Part shown: positions 25,451 through 40,439 of the stretch, in pieces
Position numbering within the stretch: the stretch's first letter is position 1
Layout of the letters: every line of letters starts with the position of its first letter
NCBI RefSeq assembly: GCF_006345805.1
Contig: NC_043008.1
Span: forward strand, 7,316,001 to 7,380,000
Direction: 5' to 3'
Source: Octopus sinensis
Taxonomy: Eukaryota
Length of the DNA stretch: 64,000 nucleotides
The notes under the pieces: generated by a model
What the model was told of the DNA's origin: nothing
What the model saw: only the letters and a program-made list of their open reading frames with translations
The model's database searches: none
Made by a program: the position numbers and the translations under genes

Positions 25451-27476
25451 TGAGCCCCCCCCCCCCCCAAAAAAAAAATAGTATAGTACTCACCAGGTGG
25501 GCATCTTCTCAAGAGGATGTTATGGACTAAACATTTCGGATATTTTATATAACGTGATATATATTTAAATATTATAACTCCGATTTAATCTAAATTTCAG
25601 ACCAACCTAGTATTGCGAGCCCGCTTTGAAAACAATTCATTTAAAATTTTAATTGAATACATTAAATTCATAATTGAATCGTTATATTTAAAGTTTTTAA
25701 ATATAAAGAATTCAGTCGATTTTAATTATGTACAATTCCAATAAACATAAGCAAAGCTGATTACTGCTCCTAGCGCACATAAACGCATGCGCACATGTAT
25801 GAGGAGACACAGACATATGCGTACATACATATTTACACACTTACACACACATACATATCCTATTAAGTGCAAGATCAAGTGCTTGTTCTTTTCTACATTT
25901 TCCTTATGTAGAGTCAAATAAGTTTCATTATTAATAAATCTCTCGTTTTTAATTTTTAGAAAATATCAGCTGCTTCAACTGGAATTTCATATCATTTTCT
26001 GGACTTTTCACGTGACTTGGAAATGTCTGTATGCATATATGTATGTATGTATGCATATATGTATGTATGCATGCATGTATATATGTATGTATATATTTGT
26101 ATCTCACTGTACGTGTTATTCTGTGCAAGCATGAACGTGAATTTTTCTGTAAACACACACACACACACAAACACGTAAATTATAATTTTTAAAGGTTAAA
26201 AGCTTTATAACGAATACATTTACATTAACACTTTGAAACTATACTTTAAGAAATTTATCAGGTATAAAAACCAGTATGCATATAAAAGTTTATAAAAATA
26301 TGTTACGGATTAAAATCACAACTTAAACATGCTGAAATAAAAGGAGAAATAATTTGAAATGATCTTAATAATCAAATGTGTCATTTGTCATATCGGTTTC
26401 GCTAAACCTAAAATTCTTATTACGAATAATAATATTATATATAACACTGATAATACCCTAAAATGTAGCATACTTGAGGGAGATATATATAACAGATCCA
26501 GTTTAAACTTAGATATCTTAGTAATAACACAGCAACAGCCATTTTACAAAGGGTCATGTAGGGAATGGACGCAACTCTAAAATATGTTGTATGTGTGCGT
26601 CAGAGGCGACTGCTGTTGTATTAATGTTTGTAATGTACCGCCTTTACCAAATCACAAAACTTTATGAAGATATACAGCGGTAAAGCTGTCAAATTTATGC
26701 GCAGATACTTAGCGCACCTGCGCTCCTTTAAATATAGCAAACAGAATAAATCTTCAAATTTTCCAATTTCTTCACAAATATAAATTTAGTGCTTTGAATT
26801 TCTCAACTTAAGTATCTGCCACATAAAACAGAAGTACTTCATAAGCCTACTTACTTAATTTAATTTAATTTAAACCGTAACGCATCACTTTATTCGTCAT
26901 CTTTCACTTCACTATCACTTAATATACCTATCTGATATCTTTATTCCCTTCCCCTGTTCTGAATGTATCATTTATTCGAACTCTGTACGAGTCCATATTA
27001 CCTAATTCGTAATTTTACAATCCATTCTGATTGTAATTACAACGACTTAATTAGATATTATTCTCTAGCGCTCACTTAACATATTTTAGTAACCACTTTA
27101 GATATTCTGTGATGATAGACTAACTTAAAGATCTGTGTGATCCTCCTCCTTAGCTACACGTATAATATTCACAGAAATTATAATTTTAAACATTATTTCC
27201 TTATTGTTCTAATAAATAATTTCCTTATTTTGGCAACTATCAGGAAACACATACACTTACGGCGCTCTCGGATCCCATTCTAGCTACATGGTTTTCAATT
27301 TTAGACTACAATTACTTCTAGAATTTCCGGCATCTACCCCTGTATTTAACTCTCTCCTTCCCACAAAAATCGCACTGCCCTCCATAGATTAACAGCTGTA
27401 GAGAGTTGATGTCCTTCATCTCGTACGTAATTCCCACCCTCATTGGCTCTCTGGCTAACTGAGGATTCTAATATCA

Positions 27477-27786
27477 AGGTGCGCGGCTTAGTGGTTAAAA
27501 TATTTGGCTCACGATCGTACGGTCAGGAGTTCGATTACCGGCGGTGTCTTGAGCAAAGCACTTTATTTCACGTTGCTTCAGTCCACTCAGCTGGCGAAAA
27601 GGAATAGTACCTGTATTGCAAACGATCATCCTTTTCACACTCTGTGTTACATTAAATCTCCCTCAGAACTACATTAAGGCTACGCGTGTCTGTGGAACGT
27701 TCAGCCTCTTGCATGTTAATTTTACGAGCATGCTGTTCCATTGATCGGACCAAGTGGAGCCCTCGTAGTCGTAGCCGACGGAGTAC
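27477..27786 (+). mobile_element. Family C tRNA-derived SINE with CORE-like domain
   Basis: A box ggcttagtgg and B box gagttcgatt, followed by gtcttgagcaaagcactttatttcacgttgcttcagtccactcagctg (CORE-like). Confidence 0.7.
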
Positions 27787-28043
27787 TAATTCAATGTTAA
27801 TTCACTTACCCATTTACTATCACCATCATGCATATAGCTTTCCCCATACCATACAACTCATGTTCCTAGTTGACTACCCATATAGGCACCGGTCATTCTT
27901 TTCTATCTATACTCCTCTATCACAAGAAATGTATGTATCTACATATTCCTTGCGATCAGTCTTCGGTTCTCTTTGTCCTCATAGTATTATTAGCTTGTTT
28001 TCGCTACCTGTTATACTTTATACACTTCACTAGACCTTACACT

Positions 28044-28375
28044 GTGTGAAGACGCGTGGCTCAATGGTAAAAGCATCGGATTCACAATCACGAGATATTG
28101 AGTTCGATTCTTGGACTGGGCTGTGTTATGTTCTTGAGCAAGCCGCTTTATTTCACGATGCTCCAGTTCACTCAGCAGTAGAAATTGGTTGCGACGTCAC
28201 TGGTGCGAATCTGTATCAACCTTTGCCTTTCCCTTGGACAACATCTGTGGCGTGGAGAGAGGACGCTGGTATACATGGGCGACTTCTGGTTCCCATAAAC
28301 AAATCCGCCCGAACTTGTACCTCGGTGAGGCTATTTCTATGTCCAATCCAATGGTCATCCAAAACCGACGGGATC
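28044..28375 (+). mobile_element. CORE-like tRNA SINE with a different 3' half
   Basis: gtggctcaatgg, gagttcgattc, then gttcttgagcaagccgctttatttcacgatgctccagttcactcagc. The 3' end is approximate. Confidence 0.65.
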
Positions 28376-28964
28376 TTTCTCCGTTTCAGTATTTTACACA
28401 AGTAGTTAACTAAAGCTCTCTGTTAAAAATCTACTCCTTTCCTTCCCCAATGGCCGAGTAGAACGCTATTCTACGGACAGCTACCATTCGTTCGCAGGTC
28501 GTACAGTGTAGGCTTATGGAAACTCGGTTGTTACGTCTATGAGGTAGAGTAAGCACGCAGATTGAGATGTGCATTATGTCCTTGAAGGTATAAGCGAGCG
28601 TACATAAAAACAAACATTTGGTTATATTTGACTATCCATGTCAGCAAAAAGCAATAGAAAACCTCCCAAAGGAGAGTTAGATTAAAGTGAGGTAAAGAAT
28701 AAAAATATCTGTGTGAGAATCATTAGACATTTTTACTAGCCATGCCATACTAAAACACATCCATTCTCTAGTTTTTAGGAAATAATTTATTATCTCATTG
28801 AATTCCTGTCGGTCTACTTGTTTCAAATCGTGTTTATTATTTTTTTTTTCTCGTGAAAGATGATTTTTTCTTTTAGTTTCCTAATTAAATATAGTGCCAA
28901 AACATACGGGTTGGCGAGGGAGACCACCATTACCACAGCCGTAAAATCAACAATCGCAAATGCT

Positions 28965-29085
28965 GCTACTACTACTACTACCACCAGTACCACCACGACC
29001 ACCTACTATTACTACTACCACCAACACAACCACCACCGCCACCACCACCACCACCACCACCACCACCACCACCACCACTACTACC

Positions 29086-29117
<32 letters not shown>

Positions 29118-29260
29118 AACCACCACCGCAACCACCACCACCATCACCTACTACTACTACTACTACCACCACCACAACCACCACCGCAACCACCACCACT
29201 ACCACCTTCTACTACTACTACTACTACTACTACTACAACTACTACTACCACCACTACCAC

Positions 29261-29300
<40 letters not shown>

Positions 29301-29325
29301 AACCACCACCACCGCCGCCGCAACC

Positions 29326-29362
<37 letters not shown>

Positions 29363-29363
29363 T

Positions 29364-29415
<52 letters not shown>

Positions 29416-29642
29416 ACTGGTACCATTATTACTGCCTCTGCTGCTACTACTCTACAAATAATAATAACAATAACAACAACAACAATAACAATAATGATAA
29501 TAGAACTTTCAGCTGCGTTTACTGCTACTACTCTCTTCTTTTTGTTATTATTATTATTATTTTATTATTATTATTATTATTATTACTATTGTTTCTTCTA
29601 CTTCTTCTTCTACTACAACTACTACTATTTCTTCTTCTTCTT

Positions 29643-29705
<63 letters not shown>
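28965..29705. repeat. 740-bp compound triplet microsatellite (CTA/CCA/CTG/AAT/TAT/CTT)
   Basis: Direct reading; accounts for the 285-aa and 316-aa ORFs. Confidence 0.95.
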
Positions 29706-29706
<1 letters not shown>

Positions 29707-30860
29707 GAGAACTGTAGCTGCTGCTGCCCTTCATGTTGTTGCCATGAATGCTATGAACACTGCCCGATTGTCATGGTTGTTGTTTGTTTTAGTTATCAGG
29801 TAAGAAGAAATAACGGCAAAAAATGTTTATTTTTGAATGGATATACTTTGACGTATCCAGTTAAATTTATTATCTTTTTACATCCCGTTCTCGGATATAA
29901 ATCTTTTTAGTAACACACAGCAGTCATGGAGAGAATATATTATAGATAAAGCGAAGTAGTAATTTTGTAATTTTAAAATGGTGTTCATAAACTAGAGATA
30001 TTTCCCAAAGAACAGCACCACCTATTACGTGCACCCACAAAGAGTGTGCGTATGTGTTTATATATGTATATATGTGTGTGTGTGTGCGTGTGTTAGTGTA
30101 TTTTTATATACATATGTGTATATTTGTCAAAGATTCATGGAAGTATATGTGTGCGTGTGTATGTATATACGGCACTATCGATCAACCAATCGGATGTGGC
30201 TGTAGATCGTTGCTCACATTGAGCTTCCTCGCATTTGCATCGCAATGTGGGCACACACATACATGCATACACACACATATATAAAATTACATACATATAC
30301 ATACGTACATACGCACACATACACACACACACACGTATATATATAGTACACACACACACATATATACGTACGAACATATACATATAAATGTCTAAAACTG
30401 TGGAAGTAAAGAGGCGAATGAAAAAGCGGATGGTAATGCCTAATGTTACGATCGTTTCAACACGCGCTACTATTAACACCATTTTTAATGCACTGATGTA
30501 TCATTTTTACGGATCTTGATCATTATATGCCGCTTTAAATTTTAAAAGCACTGTTGTATCATTAATAATCGACTTACCAAGGCGGTGCCCTAGTATGGCT
30601 GTGGCCTAATGATTGTAACCAATAATAAATGAAGGGTGGATATATTTAGTTTCTTCCTCTTGCGGCCATATTTTACATTCGATGTTGTGTTGGGACTCAG
30701 CATTTCTGCTCAACGTTCATAACTACTAAAGCTGGGGGAAACGTTTATGCAATGGCCTAAAGAAAAGACCTTGTATAACCAAAGCTACCTGAAATCTGTA
30801 AATATTCTTTAACCAAATGCATTTGGTGCTATTGGCTTTGTTGTTATTATTTAGATTAGT

Positions 30861-31068
30861 AAAACGCGACGAAATGGTAGAATCGTTAGCACGCCGAGCT
30901 AATGCTTAGTGGCATTTCATCCGTATGTACGTTCTCAGTTTCGAATTCCACAGAGGTCTACTTTGCCTTTCATCATTTCGGGGTCATTAAAATAAGTACC
31001 AGTAGAGTTCTTGGGTCAATGCAATCGACTTACACCCACCGAAATCGCTGGTCTTGTGCCAAAATTTA
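30861..31068 (+). mobile_element. Diverged family A SINE
   Basis: gaatcgttagcacgccg...ctttgcctttcatcatttcggggtcattaaaataagtaccag. Confidence 0.85.
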
Positions 31069-31604
31069 TTCATTCTGTTCCTTGAGAATCTCATGCCTTT
31101 AGGAAGGCTACCTACATTGCAGACAATTATGAGATTTTGGAAGCGAACTGCCATCTCTTTGATGTTCTGCTTTAATCTGCAAATTCCTTTCTTTCTCAAA
31201 ATAACTATACATACATCGAATAAACTTGTCGACCTCTTCCCCTGACTGCACGAAGTCACTAGTGATTTTGTACTAGATCCAAGAAAATGGTCAGATATGT
31301 CGCTTATCTTCATTATCCATCTACTCAAATAATTCCTCGATCGGATGAACAAATGCCATCTAGTTTATTGCTCGGAAATTCTCACAATATAAACACCAAC
31401 ATGTAGTGATCTGACGAGATAATTGAGGTAACCACGTTATTTATTTAATTAATTATTACACAGATATACAGAATTATTTTTGTGTACAAACATGTGTCTA
31501 TGGCGATGAAGTTGTTTATATAGCCATTGAAACGCGTAAATTTTGTTGAATTTATTCGCTGCCATCTTTTTTCGTTACTTTCGCTTCTTTACTATGTGTA
31601 TCTG

Positions 31605-32090
<486 letters not shown>

Positions 32091-33821
32091 TATTTTTTGA
32101 TTATCACGCATTTGGGAAACAATAGACTACTGAATGCAAACGTATAGATAAATTGTCTGGATATCTGTTTATGAAAGCAATAAATAACCAGAGAATTTAT
32201 ATTATCTACCGACAATTATTTTTCTTCTCTGTATGATTCAGCGATAATTGTTTGCCCTAAGTTCTTGTCGTTTTATGTATATTATAATTTCTTTGATAAC
32301 TGCTTGCACGGAATCCTTCTAAATACGCCATTCATGATCCGAGTGCTGGATTATCTAAATGCTACTACTGATATCATCAAACGCAATTGTTATGTTTCTT
32401 TCATTGTATATATTGTTAAATGCATCAAAGCGTATGCGTTTTTGAATCTGGCCCCCGGAAAAAGGTTTCCACTGTTATACACACACAGGCCTTCAACCCT
32501 CTTAAGAATAAATTATGAAAAGCCTTCCCTTTATGACGATTCAACCGTTGAATCTATTATAATGTAAGACTATCATATGCCTTGAAATCAGTTTCAGAAA
32601 ATACCGAAACCTAACAGCATGTACGATTGAATCAGGCTGAAACAGAATAACACGTTTGAGAATTTATTAGTAAAGGATTTCGATATGAATTCCTATACAC
32701 ACAATACATATGTATGTTATTATTTAGTTTATTTCAAGGTTTCTTGCCAACACAGAAAGTGCCGGTTTCTAACAGATAACCAAGTCTCTTTCCATGGAAT
32801 TTCAGCAATATCAGCCGGGTATTTTTACACAATTCTGTGTGTGTGCTCTGTTTGTATATGTTTATATATGTATGTCTTGTTTTATATATATATTCCCATG
32901 CATCACGTTGCATGTCTAGACATGCACACATTTACTTAAATACAAATATTCTGGAAAGTTTTATAGAATTTTATAGTTCCATTCATGGCTTGAATGTTTA
33001 ATCTACGTATTAGCTTTCTTCTCTCTGGTTTTGAGAAAATTAATTTCTCAAGATTGGTGGTCGTGAGATGTGCTGAGATTAAAAGAAGCTAAAGAGGTAG
33101 AAAGCAAAAGCCGTGGAAAGAAAGGGAAGTCACTAATTGTGCACCGGGGATATGAAGGTAGGGAGAGATGGGCGTGCTGGTGTAGTACAAACTGATACTA
33201 ATAGACACACATACACACTCACTCACACACATGCACACACACTATTTATAATACGAACATACGCAAATGCAAAAGCATGTATTGTGCATACGTGTGCACG
33301 TATGCATACTTGCTAGCATAAGCTCAACCATGGCCTTTTGACGAAGAAATCACAAAGCTAGAGTCTTGCATTTGCTCGTATATCCTTAAAACAGTTAACC
33401 ATAATGCCGTTATATATTTTTTATTACATTTTCAGAATCAATATGCTATATATTTCTGAAAGAAACTTTTACCTAAATCTATCGTGATATACTAAGATAT
33501 CCGAGACAGAAAGATTTAAATCATAATTTAATGCCTTTCACCCATTTTATTTATTGGCTTTTGTTCTTGATACTAGCCAAAAATAATCGTCATTGCTGCC
33601 TTGTGTAGGTATATTTATACACTGTTGTTTTAGCTTGGTGTGAGTATACTCAAAGATGAGATCTAACAGAGCCAAACGTGTCCATAGTTGTCTGGCTGCG
33701 AACAAAATTAAACTGAATTGGAACTTCGAGGAAATTCAACCCTAAATAAACTGTGAGAAATAAACTCAAATTACTTGAAATTTTCTCTCATTTTCGTTTG
33801 GAACTCGACGACAGTATGTTA

Positions 33822-34024
33822 TAAGAGAGGCTGCTGAAAGGTTCCTGACTTAAAGGTGTCGTGGATGTCTGGTTGGAAGTTCAGCTTTCTGAGTTCTTTT
33901 ACAGACCCGAGCAAAACTGAAGGACCGCTGCAATAATTGCAGTATGTTGCATCAAATTATAATGAACCGATGCTCTCGTATTTTCTTTTACCCAAATCAA
34001 GGAACTTTTCAGCACTCCTTCGTA
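33822..34024 (+). mobile_element. Mariner-derived MITE, second copy
   Basis: TIRs taagagaggctgctgaaaggttcctga / tcaaggaacttttcagcactccttcgta with TA ends. The interior (ctggttgga...gagttctttt...ctgaaggaccgctgcaataa) aligns to 12055-12276. Confidence 0.75.
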
Positions 34025-34256
34025 TTTGCCTTCATTTCATTTTTTTTTCAGTACAGTGGCAAATTTCAAATAATTATGTATCGTTTATGCACAACATTTG
34101 AAAGGATAACCTGTAAATATGTGTGCAGATGTAATAAAACAAATCGTTAATCGCGTTATTGAATTAGCCAATGTGGTAAAAACACGAGACTAAATCTGCA
34201 CAACAAATAGGGGAGCAGTTGAACTAGTATTATACCGAGAGAGAGAGGGGGAGAAG

Positions 34257-34302
<46 letters not shown>

Positions 34303-34846
34303 AGAAGAGAGATATAGTGATGAGGGAGAGAAAGTGAAGGAGAGCAACAAAGAGAGAGTTAGAGATTATTTTAGAGGTAATTATGAAATATGTTATCTCA
34401 ATAGGTGCTAATTTCATTTCGCAGTAAGGCTAAAGTTGTGTTTTATTAAACGTAGTATGTAAACGTATTTCCAATTAATTCACACATGCGCTTTATCAGC
34501 ACTTAAGTTAATTATTTCGTTAGTAGCAAATGTAATAGTATGCAAATTAGTAACATTGGCGCCTGGTACTAATAGCATTTTTCGTAAGTTGCTTCCTGTA
34601 TTTCAAAGAATCGAATAGAAATGGTTGAGAAGTCGGCCAAAAACAGATGGAAGCAGTCACGATAGTTTCGCCGGTTAGTCTGTTAAAAGGCGAGGGAGCG
34701 AGTGAGTGAGTAGGAAAGGAAGGAGAAAGAGAGAGAGAGTGTGAAAGAGAGAGAGAGAGTGAAAGAGAGAGAGAGAGAAAGAAATCCATTTTATTCAGAG
34801 GGTTTATTTAGACTGAGGCAAAATTATTTCTATTAAGTGCATGCAT

Positions 34847-35410
<564 letters not shown>

Positions 35411-36659
35411 TATGATGCTCCTAGTAGAACCTGTCACATTGTCACGTCGTTTGTGTCATAAATGGCATTTCATCTGTTGGTTTCTAAAAACCATTCTGAT
35501 AAAAATTTCTGATAACTCAGATATAACAAAAAGAAAAAAAAACTTGGGCAGACAATAATAAAAAAAAGAAGACCTGCTAAAAGGAGAAAAGAATAGAGAA
35601 TAGGCTCAACAACGATACGGAAAGAGTGTGTAAGGGAACAAAAATATAAGAGTGTTTCTTGGTGGACGATTCGTTAAAATTTTTCAACCAACGCAAATGG
35701 TACTTTGACGGGTGACACGGTAATTTACATAACTATTAATCGTATTCTGTTCTGGTTTCGCAAATCACTTCAGCGTATGTTTGATATAATTAGACCAAAG
35801 TCTCAAGAGAAAAGTTTCGTACAAATCGGACTGACGAGGTAAGAGAAATTATTATCGATCGAGTTCGTTTTTAAATTCTTCGCCTCCCAGGAATTCATCA
35901 TTTTATGATTTTCAGGTAGTACGAAACATTTTTCTAGCAGGTTCGTCAGTAACTACAATTTAATTATTTTCATTATTTCATTCTTTGTGATTGAGTGTCC
36001 GCCCGATATTCAGTGGTGGAGCATCCAGCATATTTAAGGTCGCTCTTATGTATGCGTAGATATACAAGCATAAATACAACCATACATACATATAAACGCA
36101 CCTATGCTTATGCTTACTAAGCGTGTGGAATCAAGGGAGATCAATAATCAATTTGTTGGTCTGGTGTTTATGCTTTATTATCTCTGCATAAGGAGAATTT
36201 ATGCTTACGTTTTCTAAGGTTCCGTGGCCATGATGGAGTCCTAGGGATTGGAAGTTTCGTATTCATCATCAGTATTTCAACTTGCGTGGTACTTATGTGA
36301 GAATCTTTGTTTTACAAACATATCCTTTTAAACATCATCCAGTCGACATTTTGACCCAACCGAATGTCCCAATTAGTGATTCTACGTTAGTCCAATAACC
36401 AGAATCCCCATCTAACGAGATATTAACATACTAACTTCAACAGTCAAATCTTACAGAAGAGAGATCTGCACATTGTTGAAATTGCTATAGTAATAGATAG
36501 GTGGCCTTAGTCAATTCGAACCTTGAGTGATTAAACATCAATCAGGACTTCCTTAGAATACTATGATATTCGGTTTGGTTCCTTACATTGAGTTTCCAAC
36601 GAACAAACATTCCAGAAGAAGCGATAGAATCTTTTTAAGAACATATGCAATAACTCCTC

Positions 36660-37493
36660 TTAAAACAGTAAGGCCTGAAATTTTGGAAAAAGAACCTAAT
36701 AGATTATATTAAGTGCAGTGACTAACGTATCAATATATCGAACCGGAAAGGATAACATATAAAGACGACTTCGGTGAAGTTTGAACTGAGGACATAAAGA
36801 ACCATAACAATTTACTTGTTTCTTTACTACCCACAAGGGGCTAAACACAGAGAGGACAAACAAGGACAGACAAACGGATTAAGTCGATTATATCGACCCC
36901 GGTGCGTAGCTGGTACTTAATTTATCGACCCCGAAAGGATGAAACACGAAGTCGACCTCTGCGGAATTTGAACTCAGAACGTAGCAGCAGACAAAATACC
37001 TATTTCTTTACTACCCACAAGGGGCTAAACACAGAGAGGACAAACAAGGACAGACAAACGGATTAAGTCGATTACATCAACCCCATTGCGTAACTGGTAC
37101 TTAATTTATCGACCCCCGAAAGGATGAAAGGCAAAGTCGACCTCGGCGGAATTTGAACTCAGAACGTAGCGGCAGACAAAATACCGCTAGGCATTTCGTC
37201 CGGCGTGCTACCGTTTTTGCCAGCTCACCTCCGCCTTCAAGAACTATAATAAGATACCTATTTCTTTACTACCCACAAGGAGCTAAACAGAGAGGGTGAC
37301 AATCAAGGACAGACAAACGGATTAAGTCGATTATATCGACCCCAGTGCCTAACTGATATTTAATTTATCGACCCCGAATGGATGAAAGGCAAGGTCGACA
37401 TCGGCGGAATTTGAACTCAGAACGTAGCGGCAGACGAAAGACGGCTACGCATTTCGCCCAGCCTGCTAACGTTTCTGCCAGCTCGCCGCCTTA
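36660..37493 (-). mobile_element. Family A SINE cluster: old fragment (36660-36800), dimer (36819-37237, 184-bp period), monomer (37256-37493)
   Basis: Repeated tttctttactacccacaagg...gaatttgaactcagaacgtagc. The junction aaaatacc|tatttc is at 37000/37001. Confidence 0.9.
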
Positions 37494-38079
37494 AGGACAT
37501 ATATACTAACAATATACGCAGCATTTATTTCTAGAAGCCCCTGTATTGGATTCTATTTCAGCCCGCGCAGCCAGCACGCTGACCTAATCACCAGACGCGA
37601 ATTACCATCCGTCATTTCTCTTTAAAAGAAAGCTAAATGATCACACGTATTCATAGAAATAATCTATGACATTGTAAGTGAAATTAATAAAGGCGCCACA
37701 TAACTGTATCGGCATGTAATTAAAAAAAGTGCCTAATTTAGTTAATGATAATGAACAGCGGTAACTGAGTACAGAATATTTCTTGTTTCGTAGCAGCTGT
37801 TTAACACAAAATAGTGAAATAAAGGTAGTTCGTGCTTGACACCACGAATTTCATATAGTATTACATACGGCAGACACACGTAAATACACATACACACGCA
37901 GACATAAATACATATACACACGCAGACACAAATACATATACACACGCAGACACAAATACATACATATGTGTGTGTGATTGGCGATGTGTATGAGGTAATC
38001 TATGTATTGCTCGCATCTACTGTCTTTACATGTATGAATGCACAGAAAAATAATACATTGATACACCGCAATTAAAATA

Positions 38080-38094
38080 TTAATAATAATAATA

Positions 38095-38132
<38 letters not shown>

Positions 38133-38194
38133 TAATAATAATATTAATAATAGCAACAGCAATGATAACGATGATAATGAAACTATTACTACTA

Positions 38195-38239
<45 letters not shown>

Positions 38240-38265
38240 ATAATAATAATAATAATAAAAATAAT

Positions 38266-38309
<44 letters not shown>

Positions 38310-38330
38310 CAATAATAATAAGGAAACGAA
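38080..38330. repeat. (AAT)n/(CTA)n tract
   Basis: Direct reading. Confidence 0.95.
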
Positions 38331-38500
38331 GCATAAACAACAAAAATAATTAGAAAAATACACAAACACAACATAAAAATACACGCCTTAGAGAGAGAGG
38401 GGGAGGGCGAAAGAGGGAGGGAGGGTGAAAGAGAGAGAAGAAGAGTGTGTATTGTATCTATTTTGTATGGAATTAAAAATTTGTATACGTACAAACTCAG

Positions 38501-38532
<32 letters not shown>

Positions 38533-38664
38533 AAATAATATGAAAGGTTCTATTGTTTTGGCGAGATGATAAAAAGGAACATTACGACAATTGGTAATCA
38601 TATTTATTACACTTCTTTCAATAAATGATTCGTTAACGTGTTTTCGTTGTTTATTAGTATTGTT

Positions 38665-39760
38665 TTCAGATTTAGGCACGGGGCCAGCAATTTGTTTTCT
38701 TTCTTTCTAAGGTAGTGGGAAAGCCAATTACATAAAACCTCAGTGATCAACCGCTAATTACTTTATCGACTCAGCAATGATGAATATTGAAGGCAACCTC
38801 GGCAATAATCGAATTGAGAACCTCAAGGCAGACAAAATACTGCTAATCATATTGACCAGCCCCTTAACAGGTTCTCCTTGCTCAGCGCCTTATGTTACTT
38901 ATTAATACTGGTTTCCCATTTTGCCACAAGGCCAGCAATTTTGTGGTGTGACTTAGTCAATTACATCGACCCCAGTGCCTAACTTGTACTTATTTTATCT
39001 CAGCCTGAAGTTATGGAAGTCAAAGTCTACCACAGCGGAATTTGAACTCTGAACGTAACGGCAGACGAAATACCTATTTCTTTATTGCCCACAAGGGGCT
39101 AAACACAGAGAGGATAAACAAGGACAGACAAACGGATTTAGTCGAAAACATCGACCCCAGTGCGTAACTGGTTCTTAATTTATCGACCCCGAAAGGATGA
39201 AAGGCAAAGTCGACCTCGGCGGAATTTGAACTCAGAACGTAACGGTAGACGAAATACCGTTAAGCATTTTGTCAGAGTAGTAAAATTCTGCCAGCTGGCC
39301 GCCTTATGTTGTTTATTCATATTATTGTGGGTAATATGGAGGCGATTTGGGAGAATCGTTAGCATGCTGGGCAAAATGCTTAGCGGCATTTCTTCTGCCT
39401 TTACGATCGGAGTTCAAATTCCCACGAGGTCGTGTTTGCCTTGCATACTTTCAAGATCGATAAAAGAAGCGCCGTACCCGTTGAGCACAGGAGTCGATGT
39501 AATCGTCACATTCTCTACCCCCAAATCCTTGGACTTGCGCCAAATTCTGAAATCAACATAGGGCGTTGATCAGGCTGGAATACTTACCGACATTTCTTCC
39601 ATCATTAAATTCTGAGTTCAAATTCTTCCAAGATCGACTTTGCCATTCATCCTCGACTTTGCATTTCATTGTCGAATATATAAGTACTAGTTGAGTACTG
39701 GGGTCGATGTAATCGAGTTTCCACCTTCTTCAAAATAGTAGGCCTTGTGCTAAACTAAAA
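38665..39760. mobile_element. Family A SINE cluster: old copy (-, 38665-38860), dimer (-, 38908-39306), two diverged copies (+, 39337-39560 and 39565-39760)
   Basis: Family A body motifs occur in each copy. The dimer junction gaaatacc|tatttc is at 39074/39075. Confidence 0.8.
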
Positions 39761-39850
39761 TTTATAATATTATCAAGAGATATGAGAATTACATCCTCTC
39801 TGTTCTAATCAATAAATATATATAAGCAAAAAAAAAATTGTTTTCGACAT

Positions 39851-39910
39851 AGAGTTACCCAGTGTTTCGTATCCACAAAGTAAAGCCTTGTGGACAGCTC
39901 GTCAGATTCT
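39851..39910 (-). ncRNA. Type I hammerhead ribozyme motif
   Basis: Minus strand reads AGAAU-CUGACGA-G(C)UGUCCACAA(GGCUUUACU)UUGUGGAUA-C-GAAA-C(ACUGG)GU-A|ACUCU. The core is canonical, helix II is about 10 bp, the cleavage triplet is GUA, and helix I pairs 4 of 5. Confidence 0.65.
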
Positions 39911-40112
39911 TTAAAAAATACAAAATAAAAAATATCTCCGTCGCAGACGGGAGGAAGCTCTCAGCACTCGAGGATTACGTCTTGACAGAAACATGTTAAT
40001 GAAGATAACCCATCTTGATTAAAGTGATTTTGTGAAGACGTACTCCTCGAATTCTGAGCGTTTCCTCACGTCTGCGGCGTACGTATTTTAAATTGTGTTT
40101 TTCTAAATTGTG

Positions 40113-40173
40113 TTTTTCTGACTGAGCTGTCTACAAGGCTTTGCTTTGTGGATGCGAAACCTTGGGTAATTCT
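40113..40173 (+). ncRNA. Degenerate hammerhead motif (1-nt core insertion CUGACUGA, helix I 5' strand replaced)
   Basis: ctgactgag-ctgtctacaa-ggctttgct-ttgtggatgc-gaaa-ccttgggt-a-attct. Helix II still pairs, using G-U wobbles. Confidence 0.5.
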
Positions 40174-40316
40174 ATGTCCAAGATAAGAAATTTTTGTTGT
40201 AATAGTTACTGCTCTATTCTTTAGAGTGTGCTTTTCCTCTGATATATGTTTTTCACTAACTGACTATATATGTATGGGTGTGTGTGTATATGCATCGATC
40301 TATCTTTCTATCCCCC

Positions 40317-40439
<123 letters not shown>

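Larger units (their letters stand above)
39846..40178. mobile_element. Fold-back inverted repeat (~145-bp arms, ~36-nt spacer); probable inverted pLTR pair of a second Penelope-like family
   Basis: gacatagagttacccagtgtttcgtatccacaaagtaaagccttgtggacagctcgtcaga is mirrored by tctgactgagctgtctacaaggctttgctttgtggatgcgaaaccttgggtaattctatgtc. The inner arm segments (39925-39991 vs 40028-40090) also pair. A 15-bp tandem duplication (40090-40119) lies in the right arm. Confidence 0.7.

Noticed and set aside
28860-29910. Long ORFs (285 aa, 316 aa) and the other homopolymeric or dipeptide ORFs in the track
   Set aside because: They are translations of microsatellites, open in several frames on both strands, with no domain content.
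35831-35850. CTGACGAG...GAAA motif
   Set aside because: No helix II can form; a chance match.
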